A stretch of 63,981 nt of DNA, the filler included, from Lenisia limosa (taxonomy: Eukaryota > Protista > Breviatea), in the NCBI GenBank assembly GCA_001655205.1. It is 9 parts of 9 records of this genome, joined end to end, with 100 filler letters (N's around TTAATTAATTAA, not from the genome) between each part and the next. Parts side by side here need not be neighbours in the genome. Positions count along the whole stretch, not along the records: positions 14,426 to 22,026 come from LPNZ01005901.1; positions 22,127 to 23,761 come from LPNZ01010751.1; positions 23,862 to 50,715 come from LPNZ01005678.1; 6 more parts are not named here. One strand, written 5' to 3'. Positions 16,915-29,600 of this stretch are shown here, piece after piece. The position numbers and the translations under genes are program-made. The notes below the pieces were generated by a model. That model saw nothing but the letters and a program-made list of their open reading frames with translations. It did no database searches and had not been told where the DNA came from. Each line of letters opens with the position of its first letter. The first letter of the stretch is position 1.

Positions 16915-19900
16915 ATGGAGGTTGACGAACCAACGCTTTCCGCAGCACCAACTGGTTGGCATTTGGGTTCACATATGTTTATATAGCAACTTCACACGGC
17001 AAAATGGCCATTACACGTTAGGCTTTATTTTTCTTCTATTTCGGCGTTTCTCTCTCCCCCTTGTCCTCCACTCCATTCTCTGCTACTGTTCTAGAATCGT
17101 CTTCTTTTATAGAACAGTATACTCATGCAGTTGGAGGGATTCTAACACTCCCACCTTGGCGACTTCGCAATGATCAGTTTAATACCCATATTACCATGCT
17201 AACCGAGCCGTTGGGGGCTGTTTCGGTGGCCTGAGGCCTGAACCTGCGTTGTTATTGATTTTGCTTTTGTTTTTTGGCTGCTCTCGTAAGGTTATAAGTG
17301 TTTTTTGTTTTTCGTAATTTTTTCCCCCTTTGAACATTCCTACCATTTCTGGCCGGTGACGTGTCAGCGGCTCCTGTTGGGGCTGGGTGGCATCTACGCG
17401 GCATCCCAGGTGTTTTTGAGCGATTTTGTTGATATTAGGAGGTGAAGTGGTGTTTGTCTCTCTCGAGGGGTGTGGGTTGAAGCAGCTCCTGTTGAAATGC
17501 CCTATATCATGGCAAGTCGTTACATTGCACTTTAACAGTTGCTGTCACCTTTTTTACAGTTCTTTTAAGTCCCTCACTAAAATGCTCTCTTGAACCCTTC
17601 AGGACTACTGTGTTGTGATGGGGTATGGACTGTGTGTTCTGCATTGGTTCCCAATAATGCCAAAAATAGAAAGAACAAAATATACTAGAACTGTTACCTG
17701 CATAAACGCAGTGTCACAGGAGCAAGTTGGATACTGTTTGTTTTCCTCTTTTTCATGTTAACTTATCCTTTTATTTTATATCGTGATATTACATATTCTA
17801 TCACTCTAGATAGCTTTTTGCCGCTCTCACTATTCAGTTTCGGCAACTGGTGCCCCTCAAGTCCCAACTAACCCCACACCATTGGCTCCCCAGGTTGGCC
17901 TGCTCTGTCGTATTGTTTGATCATTTGCTACCACTTTTTTCTGAACCAATTGTCCATAAAGACTTCGGATACTAATTTGGTTGCCCCTCGAAGCATTATT
18001 AATAGTGAAGAAGTCTTACATTGTTGTTCACGCTTCCAGTTAAACCTAAACAAGTTGTCAATGTATTTCGACCACGTGTTAATCTCACCTCTACCTCCCC
18101 CAGGTTCCAGCTCAAATTCCACAGCAACAAGCATATCAGCACTATCCTCCCGGTGCCCCCATGAACCCCCAGTATACCCCACAACACCCTACTACTCAGG
18201 TACAACAACAACACATGTTACAACAAATGCAGCAAATGCAACAGATGCAAATGACGCAACCTGCCTTTCAAGGACAAATGCCCGTGCCACAATTTGTAGG
18301 TTATCATTTCAGAAGCATGGGGATTTTGGTGATACTGATTATTGTGCCATCCTCAATCAATATCCATTGCTTTTCTGATTAAGTACATCTCAATTACCCT
18401 GGTTGTTCTCCACTTTATATTACAGTCCATGATCCCCATGCAACAAATGCAACAAATGCAGCTCCAGCAAATGCAACTCCAGAACATGGCAAACTCCCCC
18501 GCTAGACCCGTATCGCAGAATGTAGCCGGGCATGGAAACTACTAATATCCGCTATATATTATTCTTTTACCCCAGTGGCGAAAGGAGGGAGTCCAATATC
18601 TTTTTATTATTATTCCATTTCCAGGTGGCTGACGGGTCTACGAACGGCATGACTGGACTGTCCGGCCTGGGTTCGGCTCTCACGGCCGCCACCGTAGGCT
18701 GGGTTGCAATAGAGAATCTTCGTCTCTTGCATTTATTGAGGGAAGTGGAGGGCACAAATGTGATACCCCGTTCTTTTGTTATTTTGAACGTACTGTGCTG
18801 GTAATGGATAGAGCTTCGCATGCCACTATCCTCGACTTTGGTTCTAATAACTTATAACTGACCAGGTCTCACCGTCTCTCTCGCGTCCGCGTGATGAAAT
18901 TGCGCAACAAGCCACGCCACCCCAAAAGATGGCCAAGCAGGAGGAAAGCGCGGTACCCGGACCTCCCGTGGTGCCGGCCGAGGAAGAGCCAAGCGGTATG
19001 GAGTGTTCTCAAAATATGGCCGATTATAACCATCAATATGACTCCATGTTTCAATGTTATTGATGACACAGAGCCGGTGCCACGCAGACGTTCACGCAAA
19101 GACTTTGACTCGTATGAAGAGTTTCTGGCTGATGATGCAGCCTGGGGTGGGCGGGCGGCAATTGTTTGGTTCTCAGAATCAAAGTCAAGTCAGTGTATTT
19201 CTGTTCAAAATCCAATCAGTTTATATAATGACTAGATACAACCTTGTTTTATTTCTCATTCTATTGATATATTGTAATTACATGTATAATGACCCGTATT
19301 TGCGCGCACTCATTTGGCAGCCCCACGTCGGCGTTCAGCTGAAGAAAGGGCTTATGACAGAAAAGCCCGGGCCGCGAGGAGGGCCGGTGACGTGGCACCC
19401 ATGCCCACTGCCGNNNNNNNNNNNNNNNNNNNNNNNNNNNNNNNNNNNNNNNNNNNNNNNNNNNNNNNNNNNNNNNNNNNNNNNNNNNNNNNNNNNNNNN
19501 NNNNNNNNNNNNNNNNNNNNNNNNNTTCAAGCCAGAACCACGCCGTCTCACACCACAGGTTGAGTACACTGAGCTTCTGCGCAAGGCCGAGGAGGAGGCT
19601 GAGCTGAGGAGGAAAAACAAACCAGTCGCTGCCCCGAAGGTTGGGCAATTGGGGATTAAGGAGAATACTCGAACTGCTACTTGATGATAACAAAAATCTG
19701 ACTCTCCATTATTGAGCAATGTCCCCATTTTTACCCTTTCCCTAGCCCAAGAAAGAAACTCCTGATGATATGGCGCGAAATGCGCGTGGTAGCGCAAAGG
19801 AGCTTGGTCAGTCGTTTGCATGGCGTCATAGGGAAGTCTTCAGACCTTTTGTCCACCACCTGACGGACCCAAAAGTAGGTGGTGGGACTATACTATCATT

Positions 19901-21874
19901 TACAGCATATTGAGGTGAATTTGTCCCTCAGATTTGACAATGGTTACACAAACATTCACAAACTTGGTCATGATAATCAGACATCGTGTTTCTCTGTCGC
20001 CAATGTTATTTATTCGCATAGACCGGGTTGAAAACTCCGATTGCCGACGTACCCGAAGGTAATCCCGAAGAAGAAGAAGATTATGACACTATCCTCCACT
20101 CTCGCGTGCCGGAGTTCACTGAGAGTCCTGAATGGTTGGTTGGACGATACCCCACTTCATTATTTATTATTAAAAAAATGTCTGCCAGCTTTTGATCAAG
20201 TCAAAGATCGTTAATTCATGGTTATTACCAGCACTCTGACTTCTTCTTCGTCAGAAAGAGACCTGCTCTGAATTCTTATCTTCCTCCCCAGGATTACTGG
20301 AGGTGCGCTGAGAGACTACCAGCTCAAGGGTCTGACTTGGCTTGCTCGGCAACATACCTGTTCTCGTGTCGGAATTCTTGGTGGGGGGGGGGGGNNNNNN
20401 NNNNNNNNNNNNNNNNNNNNNNNNNNNNNNNNNNNNNNNNNNNNNNNNNNNNNNNNNNNNNNNNNNNNNNNNNNNNNNNNNNNNNNNNNNNNNNNNNNNC
20501 ACGAACCGAAATCTGAAACTCCAAACAAAACAAAAACAAAAAACAAGCAGTAACAAACATAAGCAACCAACGCTAAAACTAGGCGTATTGGGTGATAGTT
20601 GCTTTTAACCTCCCAGGTGACGAAATGGGTTTGGGAAAGACACTGCAGATTATCGCATTCTTAGGCTGGCTCAAGGTGGGCTGTGCAGGATACGGGTTAT
20701 TTGATAGTGTATTGGTTCAGTATCCCACTCAAATGATCGCTACTTATTTGCTTATGAATATGATAGTATTGAGACACTTAAAACCTATGACGTGTTTTGT
20801 GTTCCACTTACCCCCCCCCCCNNNNNNNNNNNNNNNNNNNNNNNNNNNNNNNNNNNNNNNNNNNNNNNNNNNNNNNNNNNNNNNNNNNNNNNNNNNNNNN
20901 NNNNNNNNNNNNNNNNNNNNNNNNNNNNNNNNNNNNNNNNNNNNGGCCGCATCTGATTGTGTGCCCCCTCTCTGTGATGTCATCGTGGATCCGGGAGATC
21001 AACCGCTGGTGCCCGGAGGTGGGGGGAACTGTTTTGATTCTTGGCTATCGCGCTTCATATTTACCCCGATGGGATGCGGTGCTGCAGAAGCGACTGACCT
21101 GGGCTTTATTTTTGTTGTTATCAACCCTCGTGTGTGGTCAGCCAATAGAGTTGATTTGGGCTTTTTTGTACATAAATTTTCCAATTTTATTTTGTTTGTT
21201 TGGAGTTTCAGATTATTCAGTTCGTGAGTAGTACCTTTACGCCAATATTCTTCATCGAAATGTCCTTCGTTTTACCCCCCCCCCCTCCGCAGTTGACAGT
21301 GATGAAGCTTCACGGACCTGAAGAGACCAGGTNNNNNNNNNNNNNNNNNNNNNNNNNNNNNNNNNNNNNNNNNNNNNNNNNNNNNNNNNNNNNNNNNNNN
21401 NNNNNNNNNNNNNNNNNNACATCAGACGCTCCAAATGCAACAGTAGGCGAACGTAGAAATAGCCATTGTCGCGTCTTGGACGATTGGGCTTGAGAGTTGG
21501 TTGTCCTTACCCTGCAGTTGTGGTCACAACCTACGACGTGTCTCGAGTTATGCATGCCGCCATCAGTACCGCAGTAGGCTGGATGTCCGAATAGTGAGAC
21601 TCATGTCTGCCTCCTTTAAATGGGCCAAACAAGGCAACCACTCCATTTCCTCCATTCCTGATTTTTTTTTCAAAACAAGAAATATGCAAATCGCGGGAAA
21701 CAAATAAATACATAGGGATGCCATAAACAAATTAAACCTCCAGCGCCCTTGGTACTACCTCATCCTTGACGAAGGACATCGTCTGAAGAACACTGCGTCC
21801 ATCCAGAGTGCCAATCTGAGACGTATCCAGCATGTCGGCTGCTTCATCTTGACGGGTACTCCCCTGCAGAACAA
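16915..21874 (+). CDS. SNF2-family chromatin-remodelling ATPase (ISWI/ALC1/Lsh-like lobe 1) with long Q/P/M-rich N-terminus; 3' part lost at linker
   Basis: GGALRDYQLKGLTWL, GILG|DEMGLGKTLQIIAFL (Walker A), GPHLIVCPLSVMSSWIREINRWCP, VVVTTYD, YLILDEGHRLKN (DExH), ILTGTPLQN. Assignment of the upstream low-complexity exons to the same gene is less certain. Confidence 0.9.
21060..21228 (+). repeat. Dispersed intronic repeat ('acceptor element'), copy in SNF2 intron
   Basis: TTACCCCGATGGGATGCGGTGCTGCAGAAGCGACTGACCTGGGCTTT…CAACCCTCGTGTG…AGCCAATAGAGTTGATTTGGGCTTTTTT…AATTTTCCAATTTTA; matches copies at 24591-24707, 51140-51345, 53535-53600, 56305-56420, 59836-60090, 13063-13100. Confidence 0.85.
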
Positions 21875-22225
21875 GTGGGCTGGCTGGTCTATGATGAGGG
21901 AATATTCAATCGTGTGTTCAAGTTTGAGCTATTTAGGAGAACTAAAGTCACCATATAATGTTTATTATATCATATGCGTCCGTTCAAAATTCCGGTTTTT
22001 TTGCCAATTCCGGTTTTTAGACAATCNNNNNNNNNNNNNNNNNNNNNNNNNNNNNNNNNNNNNNNNNNNNTTAATTAATTAANNNNNNNNNNNNNNNNNN
22101 NNNNNNNNNNNNNNNNNNNNNNNNNNACCACTCTCAGCTGCCATGTTGCCAATGCCCCTCTCCCATCTGACCATCACTGCCCTCCCACACCTACAAAATT
22201 GTCATTGTTCTCCTTACTGCACAGT

Positions 22226-22483
22226 CACCTTGGAACCTGTACTCTGCGCACGTTCCGCGAGAATATGCTGAAAATTCTTCGTGTATTTTTTTTTCAGGAT
22301 TAGCCCAACCCAGATTGGTTCTTTGTCACCTCCCAAAAGACAACCTACCTACATCTTCCCCTTGATGCATCTTCGGTAGTCGCTCAGGATGACAACTTCA
22401 CACTAAAGAAACAGAGGTTAAAGAGGCAAGTGTCTACCGCAGTGCCTACACCTCGCGACCGCGTGACCGTAACAAGGTCATGA
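22226..22483 (+). CDS. 3' exons of an unidentified gene (possibly the SNF2 C-terminus)
   Basis: Phase-compatible exons HLGTCTLRTFRENMLKILR|PNPDWFFVTSQKTTYLHLPLDASS…VTVTRS*; separated from the SNF2 exons by an artificial linker. Confidence 0.3.
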
Positions 22484-22799
22484 AGGGGATTGTTGGTTGT
22501 GATTAGGTTATTTCTTTTTGTTTGTTTCCAAGATGGAGAAAAGGGCAACTTAATGGGGGCAAATGGACATACGTTTTTTTTTTAAAAAAACCAACGTTGA
22601 CATAGAAGAAACAACAAACTAGAAGACTCAAAGAATCATCATTTTGCATGTTTGCTGGATTTGCTGTTGAATTATGTTTCCACCAATCGTAAATAAGTCA
22701 GTACAAGAGCAACACTTTGATAAACTACGACATAAATATGTGGCTACAAAATTAAATAAAGCATATTAAATGAACATTTAAAGACAATTAAACAGGTAC

Positions 22800-25700
22800 T
22801 GGAAGAATTGGGGATTCAATTGCCATACGGTTGGAAGTGAGAGTTTGCCTTGAGCAGCGGAGAAAAAAGTAATGCTGTAGGTTGCCTGTTCCTCAGTTGA
22901 TTTTGTCTTTTTTGAGACTTATCCTTCACCACACCCACAATAATTGTCCGGTTCATTCAATAATATTATTTTTTTATTGTTTTCTTCGGTTGGTTGTCTT
23001 TCTGAATTAGTATTATTTGCAATTTGGCTCACTCTATTTCATGATCAACATCTATTATAAATATCTTTGTTTTCTTCAATGGTTGACACAGTTTATAATA
23101 TGTGATCCCAAATTCATTAATATGGATAGATGTATAATGTTGTAACTTAAGTCTTCAAAAGAAAGCTCTATCAATTTCATAAAAACAAACACTATGCATA
23201 TTGAACCGATTGAATAATACAAATTCACCACTTCACCCAAATAAACACTCAACAAAAAACAGAAAGGCCAGAACTGGTTGTTAGTCAAAACTTGGGGATT
23301 AGTCGAGAGACTTTGAGAGTTTTCCCTTGGTGGTTGAGCCATTCATCAAAGCGCTATTTATTTCCTAAAAAAAAGAAAATCAAATGGATAAATGGATTTC
23401 GATTGTTTCAAAAAGGTCAGTGACCGGTGCCTGAGAAACAAACAAAAAAAAAATCAAGAAAGAAAGGAGAGAGCAAGAGATATCGTTCACGCACAACGTA
23501 TGATCGAACTTCAGCAAAACAGGAGCCGTTGGCACCTTCCAATTCCAAGTTGAATTGCAAAAATAAAAAGTGAACGCTCGCTCATCTAAAATCTATTCAA
23601 CACAACGCATATAAAAAGATTGATAATTGACAAATTGTACATTATTTTTCAATTTTATTGAAATACTACATATCATATAATATGTTACTATATGATGATA
23701 TATGATGACTTATTATACATTCATAATATACCATATGATATACTATTAATAAGGTTGTATCNNNNNNNNNNNNNNNNNNNNNNNNNNNNNNNNNNNNNNN
23801 NNNNNTTAATTAATTAANNNNNNNNNNNNNNNNNNNNNNNNNNNNNNNNNNNNNNNNNNNNGAGGGGGATGGGGTGAGAGCAGAACAATACACTATATAA
23901 AATCTCAAAGTTATAAACCAAGATCCCTCCACTGATCTAAACACCTCATCACAGGGTTTGAAAACTCAAACATTCCTACCAACACCGAGTAAGATTTGAC
24001 AATACACCAGAGTAAGATTTGACAATAGAGCCCCCAGCAGTTCACCTACTTTTTACCGCCGCCGACTCCAATGTTGATTGTGCTCCACACTTTGACGGTG
24101 CAATCGTCGCTACCTAATGGGGTTGGACAACATGACAAGGCTATCAAAGGCAAGGACAATATCGCTATTTATCGCAGATTGGTCGATGTTGAAATTAAGA
24201 CACGGACCTGAAACAAGGAAGGGCTCCTGTGGGTGGAAGGAAACACTCCTGATTTGGTCGAAGTGCGAACGTAACGTCCACCTTGGCTTCCAAAGCTTTC
24301 GCCCACTAATCTCGCTGACCTTGCTCTACAAAGTAATCATCCAGCCAAGGCAACAAGCCTACTAACCTGGCGTGAAACGGTTCCAACTTTGACACCGGCC
24401 AGTTCACCAAGATCTTCAGTGCTCTTAGGCATCAGTCAAAGTATTATGTTTTCTCGGCGCTGTTGCCTTTTCATTCCAGACTTGAAAGATTGAAGAAGGC
24501 CTACCTTATTTTCCTCGATGTTGTTCAAAGAAACAGGCTCTGCCTCAGGCGTTTTGGGAGCAGGAATCGCAGCATCCGCTTGTTCTTCCTGAGGGGGGGG
24601 GGGTAAAATTGGAAAATTTATGAAACAAAAAAAGCACAAATCAACTCTGTTGGCTGATAACACATAAGCGTTGATAACAACAAAACTAACAAAGCCGAGG
24701 CCAGTCGNNNNNNNNNNNNNNNNNAAATTGGAAGTCAGAAGGCAATATATGGAATATGGAAGGGTTTGAGACATACCATCTGAATCTGTGACATCATTTT
24801 CTTCATATCCTTCGCATTGAATGCAGCAGGGTCCTTCTTGAAGAGTCATAACACACAAAAAGTGAATTACAATGGATTAATAATCATAAAAAGAACGCCA
24901 ACCTTTTTCTTCTTCTTTTCGCGTTTCCCTCCCTTCATTTTGCCCATTTTCCCTCCCATCTTGGCCGCCATCATTGCTTCAAGCTGGCATGTAAGTCAAA
25001 AAAAAAAACTTCGCTCAGTCATATCTGGGCGATAGTATCCCTTTCTCACCTCTTCGTCAGTCATTTTCTCAATATCAACGTCTTCCTTAGCCTCTTTAGG
25101 AGCGGGTGGCGCTTTCTCTTCCATCTTCTCAACCTTAGGTTCAGGTGCTGGCCCAGGTACAGGCTCGGGCTTCGGTTCGGGTTTTTGTTTTTTCTCTACC
25201 TTCAGCTCAACAGGAGCCACGGTAATCTGTTCGGGTTGGAGGGCAACGGGTTCTAAAACGGTCATACGAAAGGTTACAACGTTATAAACTATCGTTTCAT
25301 TCAGGCTTGGCAAACCTTGTGGTGGAGGAAGGGCAGCTGGGATAACTTCAGTTTTGGCTGGCTGCTGCACAATTTCAGTAGGTGTTTTTCTTATTTGTAC
25401 CAAAAAAACTCGGACCATAAAAAGGCACATCAGTAATACAAAAACCATTGTCGAACCATGTATACCTGAACGGGGAGGGCCTGGGGGGGAGGGAGGTCGG
25501 CACTAGAGATGTGACGGGTTTTTAATATCATTTTTAAAGACTCCATTTTCTATTCTGGTATGATATTTGTGAATGGATTGAGGACTCAGTCATACCGGGG
25601 TTGTGAAAGGGCAACAACAGGGGTGAATGGGACAACCTGCGATGTTAAAGATTCAAAGTGAAGGTCAGAAAAGTCACTTCGTTCGTACCTGATCAAGGTA

Positions 25701-26328
25701 TGACTGAAGTACTGATATTGTTTTCTTTGTGCTCTCAGAATGTGCCGCTGAACCTGCGGAATAAACCTCTTAGACTGTCAAGAAAAAGGGGAAAACAAAC
25801 TTAAGCAATGGAAATTCAAGAATAGCGAATAGCGTACTTACAATCACATAAAACAAAAACTCACTTGATTCAGAAAACTCTTTTCTGGCAGTGGAGGCAT
25901 CAACACAAGAGGATTGCATTTCAACATTCTTGGATCTGGGAAGGTGAACGGGAAACAAAGGGAAGTGCAAAGATTTCAGCATGAATCTCCATATCTTACC
26001 TTTCTTGCCGAAGGGCATATTCTAGCATCCTGACACGTCGAAGAAGGTCTCTCCTCAAATTGAGATGCCCCTTTTTCTCTCCTTCAAGAGTTGTGATTCG
26101 TTTCTATAATATTTAAAAACTATTTAGAAGAATACTGGCTGTGAAACAGCTCCAAAAAGACCTTCTTACGTTAAGAAAATTTCTTTCGGCAGTCCACTGA
26201 GCCTTTTCAATCTCAAAACTTCTCATTTGCTGTCTCAAAAAGTCCAGAGCCTCAGTGATCTGGAGCGGAGGATTCCTCTCTGGAGGGACCATCTCCATCG
26301 CCTCAGGGCGGGCAGGAGCTGGAAGCAT
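22800..26328 (-). CDS. STRN: Striatin (STRIPAK / PP2A B''' scaffold): N-terminal coiled coil + WD40
   Basis: LDFLRQQMRSFEIEKAQWTAER|KRITTLEGEKKGHLNLRRDLLRRVRMLEYALRQER (striatin N-domain); WKPRWTLRSHFDQIRSVSFHPQEPFLVSG|SDDCTVKVW (first WD repeat). Exons beyond the linker (e.g. SITFFSAAQGK near 22850) are tentative. Confidence 0.92.
24591..24707 (-). repeat. 'Acceptor element' copy ending at striatin 3' splice site
   Basis: Minus strand: …CAGCCAACAGAGTTGATTTGTGCTTTTTTTG…AATTTTCCAATTTTAC(C)n TCAG|GAAGAA. Confidence 0.85.
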
Positions 26329-26658
26329 TATTCTCTAGTATGTATATACGTGCTAATTCCTTTATTCTCCAATGGATTTTCAGCAAATTTTCAGTGTTTC
26401 AAAAAAAGAAAAACTTAAATACATTACGTCAACGCCAAACTGAGTGTAAATATGGGGGTGGCTGATTCATGGGGTGTATATAGGTATGGGCCGGAAATTT
26501 AAAAAGGCACATGGATATATACACCAAGGTCAATTAGACATTATAGTGACAAAGTGGTGACAGATGATGATGTAAGATTACACGTTATTAGATATAAGAA
26601 CGAGTTTTTATTGAAAATGTTTACGAGTTCCAGAGTTGTTTGAAGATATAGTGGCATT

Positions 26659-29600
26659 ATGTGCCTAAAATGGCTCTTGTTACTTTTATGTGTCCTAGGC
26701 GTACAGGCATTACGTTCGTTTGACGGCAACTATTTTTGTAACGCTGACCACGTAGGAAAGCCTGATATCTCACAATCCCACCTCTACCCTCTATCTTCGA
26801 CTATAAGTATCGGAAACATTGTCAAATTCGGTTGGTGTTCTTTTGGCCCATATTTCATTTCTAACCTGTATTTAGAGTGGGAAGCGGTTTCCTCTGATGG
26901 AAACACTTTTATCATCACAGAAGTTGACTTTGAGGAAATAACCAGCGTCTCTATTGACAAGGTTTGCCCTCCCCCCTCCTAAATGTATCTGATCATTGAA
27001 ACCTTTTCTTCATTTTGCCTCGCTTCCTTTACTCAATTGCATTATATTACGAACAGGTGGATATTTTCCTGAAGCATAATTTGAGCAGGCTATTTTCCTG
27101 AACGCTGACCTCTCTTAGCGTTTGAATGACCTCAACCTTGCTGGCTGGCAGTTGTCTGTTTCCGGCGATGCTGAGTTTAATCTCGAAATGGCCACTGATA
27201 GGTAGCCGGGGCGATAGGGAGAAGGATGGCAATCTATCCTCGGAAATGGACTTGTTTAGTGTGATGCAAAGATTGGAGCTGAACAAGAAGACATTCATTG
27301 GCCGCCCTGCATCTGATTTCACTCTCTAGCCAAGGCAACTTCCAGGCCCAGTTTATTCCACCGTTTGCAGGGACGTTTAATGTCCAGCTGAGCAGTTATG
27401 GTAATGACTCCACCCCAATGTCCATTATCAAGGCGGATAGAGGTGGGTGCTGTTGCTGACGTTCTTCCCACTGGCAGCTTCTCTTACCCTTTAGATTCAA
27501 GCACAATGAACACTGTGTACCTCTTCTTGGTTATCATCTTGCCATCAGCGTCCATCGCGCTGCTTCTCACCATGTTCCTGACTTTAAGCCATCCCAGAAG
27601 ACCGCAGCTCTATGTGTCGGATTTCCTTTGGGTAAGCTAACACTTCAAGAATGATTTTGTTTTTATCATTTCTCATCTTGCAGGGAGCCACCATGTGTGT
27701 TGTGATGTTCACTCTTGCCTTTTCAATGTGGGTAGTGTTGATGGATACAAAAAAATGGGGCCTTTGTTGTTGCTGACGCTGTAGCCCTTCAAATGGCGTG
27801 CCTGTGGAGCATTTGAGCGCCACCTCCTGTGTTGCACGCATCATTTGGGGCGCTTTCGATTACGGCAACCTCCCAGGAGATGGTCAGTTCTTTTGCCATC
27901 ATTAACTTTCTTCAGAACTGTGTGAGGAGAGGGAATCGCACGGTCTGAGTACCATCATCCCAGCACTGGGCGTTCGCCACCCTGACAAGGCCGTTTTCTC
28001 AAGTGCCAGTCTGGGGGGGGGGGTCCTATACAATTTGCCTCTTTTCTAGGTTTGACCCTTCAGCCTCCTTGGTTCTATGCTGCTTCGCCATCCTCTTTGT
28101 GGGCTTTGTTGCCACGCTCGTGATGTCAGCCATTGTGTCGACTCGGGGGCAGGAAGCGAATGGACGAGTTGTGCGGATCAGAGGAATAGGGTGGGTTTTG
28201 CGGAGGCAGTCTTATGCTTTAGAATGATCTTAACCACGATTGTGCGGATGATCACTTTGATCCATCCCGTTGTGTCAATGTTGGCGGCTTTCTCCATTAC
28301 AATTTCGAAGGACAACCCATTCTATTTATCTCTTACTATTTACGTAAGAGGGAGATGGTTTAGTTCAAGAAGGTTTTACTAATGCGGATTCTGACGTTTT
28401 AGATTGTCTTTGGACTGGGCTTTTTGCTTTTTGCGTTTCTTCAAAGAAAGAAGTTCTCCCTAGATGATAGTGCACAGGCCCCGTGTTCTCCAGGTACCTA
28501 ATCAATAATCTGTTTTGGCAACATTTGACTCATTCCCAGTGCTGATTCGCCCTGAGAGTACCCAAGTCTCCCCTGTCATATCCCCACTTACTTCAATCCC
28601 ACCCCTCAGGTTTGCCCTTTACAGCTTTTTTTTTTCTTATACNNNNNNNNNNNNNNNNNNNNNNNNNNNNNNNNNNNNNNNNNNNNNNNNNNNNNNNNNN
28701 NNNNNNNNNNNNNNNNNNNNNNNNNNNNNNNNNNNNNNNNNNNNNNNNNNNNNNNNNNNNNNNNNNNNNNNNNNNNNNNNNNNNNNNNNNNNNNCGTTCA
28801 GTGCAAGTACAACAACAAGCCACTCTTCCATTATTGGACCAAGTTCTATCAAAATCTCAAAAGCTGTTCCAAGGTGGTGGTGGGGGGTAATTTGGTTGGT
28901 TAATAATAAAAGGCCTAGTGGCTTTGTAATCAGCTTCTCTCGGATACCATAGGACACTACTGTATTTATTCCCTATGTTTCGCTTTATCTCACTACCTAG
29001 TCGGCCAAGCAGCATAAACGGCCTGTGTTTGTGGTACCGAGCTCATGAGGGTCCGCAGCCCGCAACCACCATTTTCGTCAATCTCTTTCTTGCCAGGTGG
29101 TTTGGACTGCCTTACTGCTGTCAATTTTCCCGCGTTGGCATCTTACTGCTGTAGTATCATTGGGTTCTTGCAAACGGGTTCGACAATGTTGGTCGCCTTA
29201 TCATGCCTCCTCACAACGGTATGCCTTGGGACTCTTTTGCTCAGTTGTTTCCTGGTGACATCTTAATCACTGTTCAGAGTGCATACATGGTTCATCTACT
29301 GGTCAACTCCTCCTACGCGGCACAGTCACGTCTGTTGATCGAAATGACTGGTTGGCAAGGCTTCCATGGAGCTTTACTGTGTTTTTGTTCATTCCTTAGT
29401 TCGCGTCACCTTTTGCGTGTGCGTTACGACTGTTCTCCTTCTGTGCGACACAGACCCGACTTCCGGCACGGCTGACTGGACCGTTTTCATTACCGTCATC
29501 ATCACCTTGGCTGCCTACATAGGGTGAGTGCTTCAGCCCGACAGCTGCTCTGACATTATAGTTTGCTCTTTGCGTTCTTCCAGGCAGTGAAGCCCCATTT

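Noticed and set aside
23660-23760. (TATGATAT)-like AT-rich runs here and at ~15128, ~51110, ~52640
   Set aside because: Low-complexity microsatellite-like sequence without further structure.
24410-24510. Apparent in-frame TGA in striatin suggesting stop-codon reassignment
   Set aside because: Resolved by a normal GT…CCTAAG intron. All confidently reconstructed genes read in the standard code.
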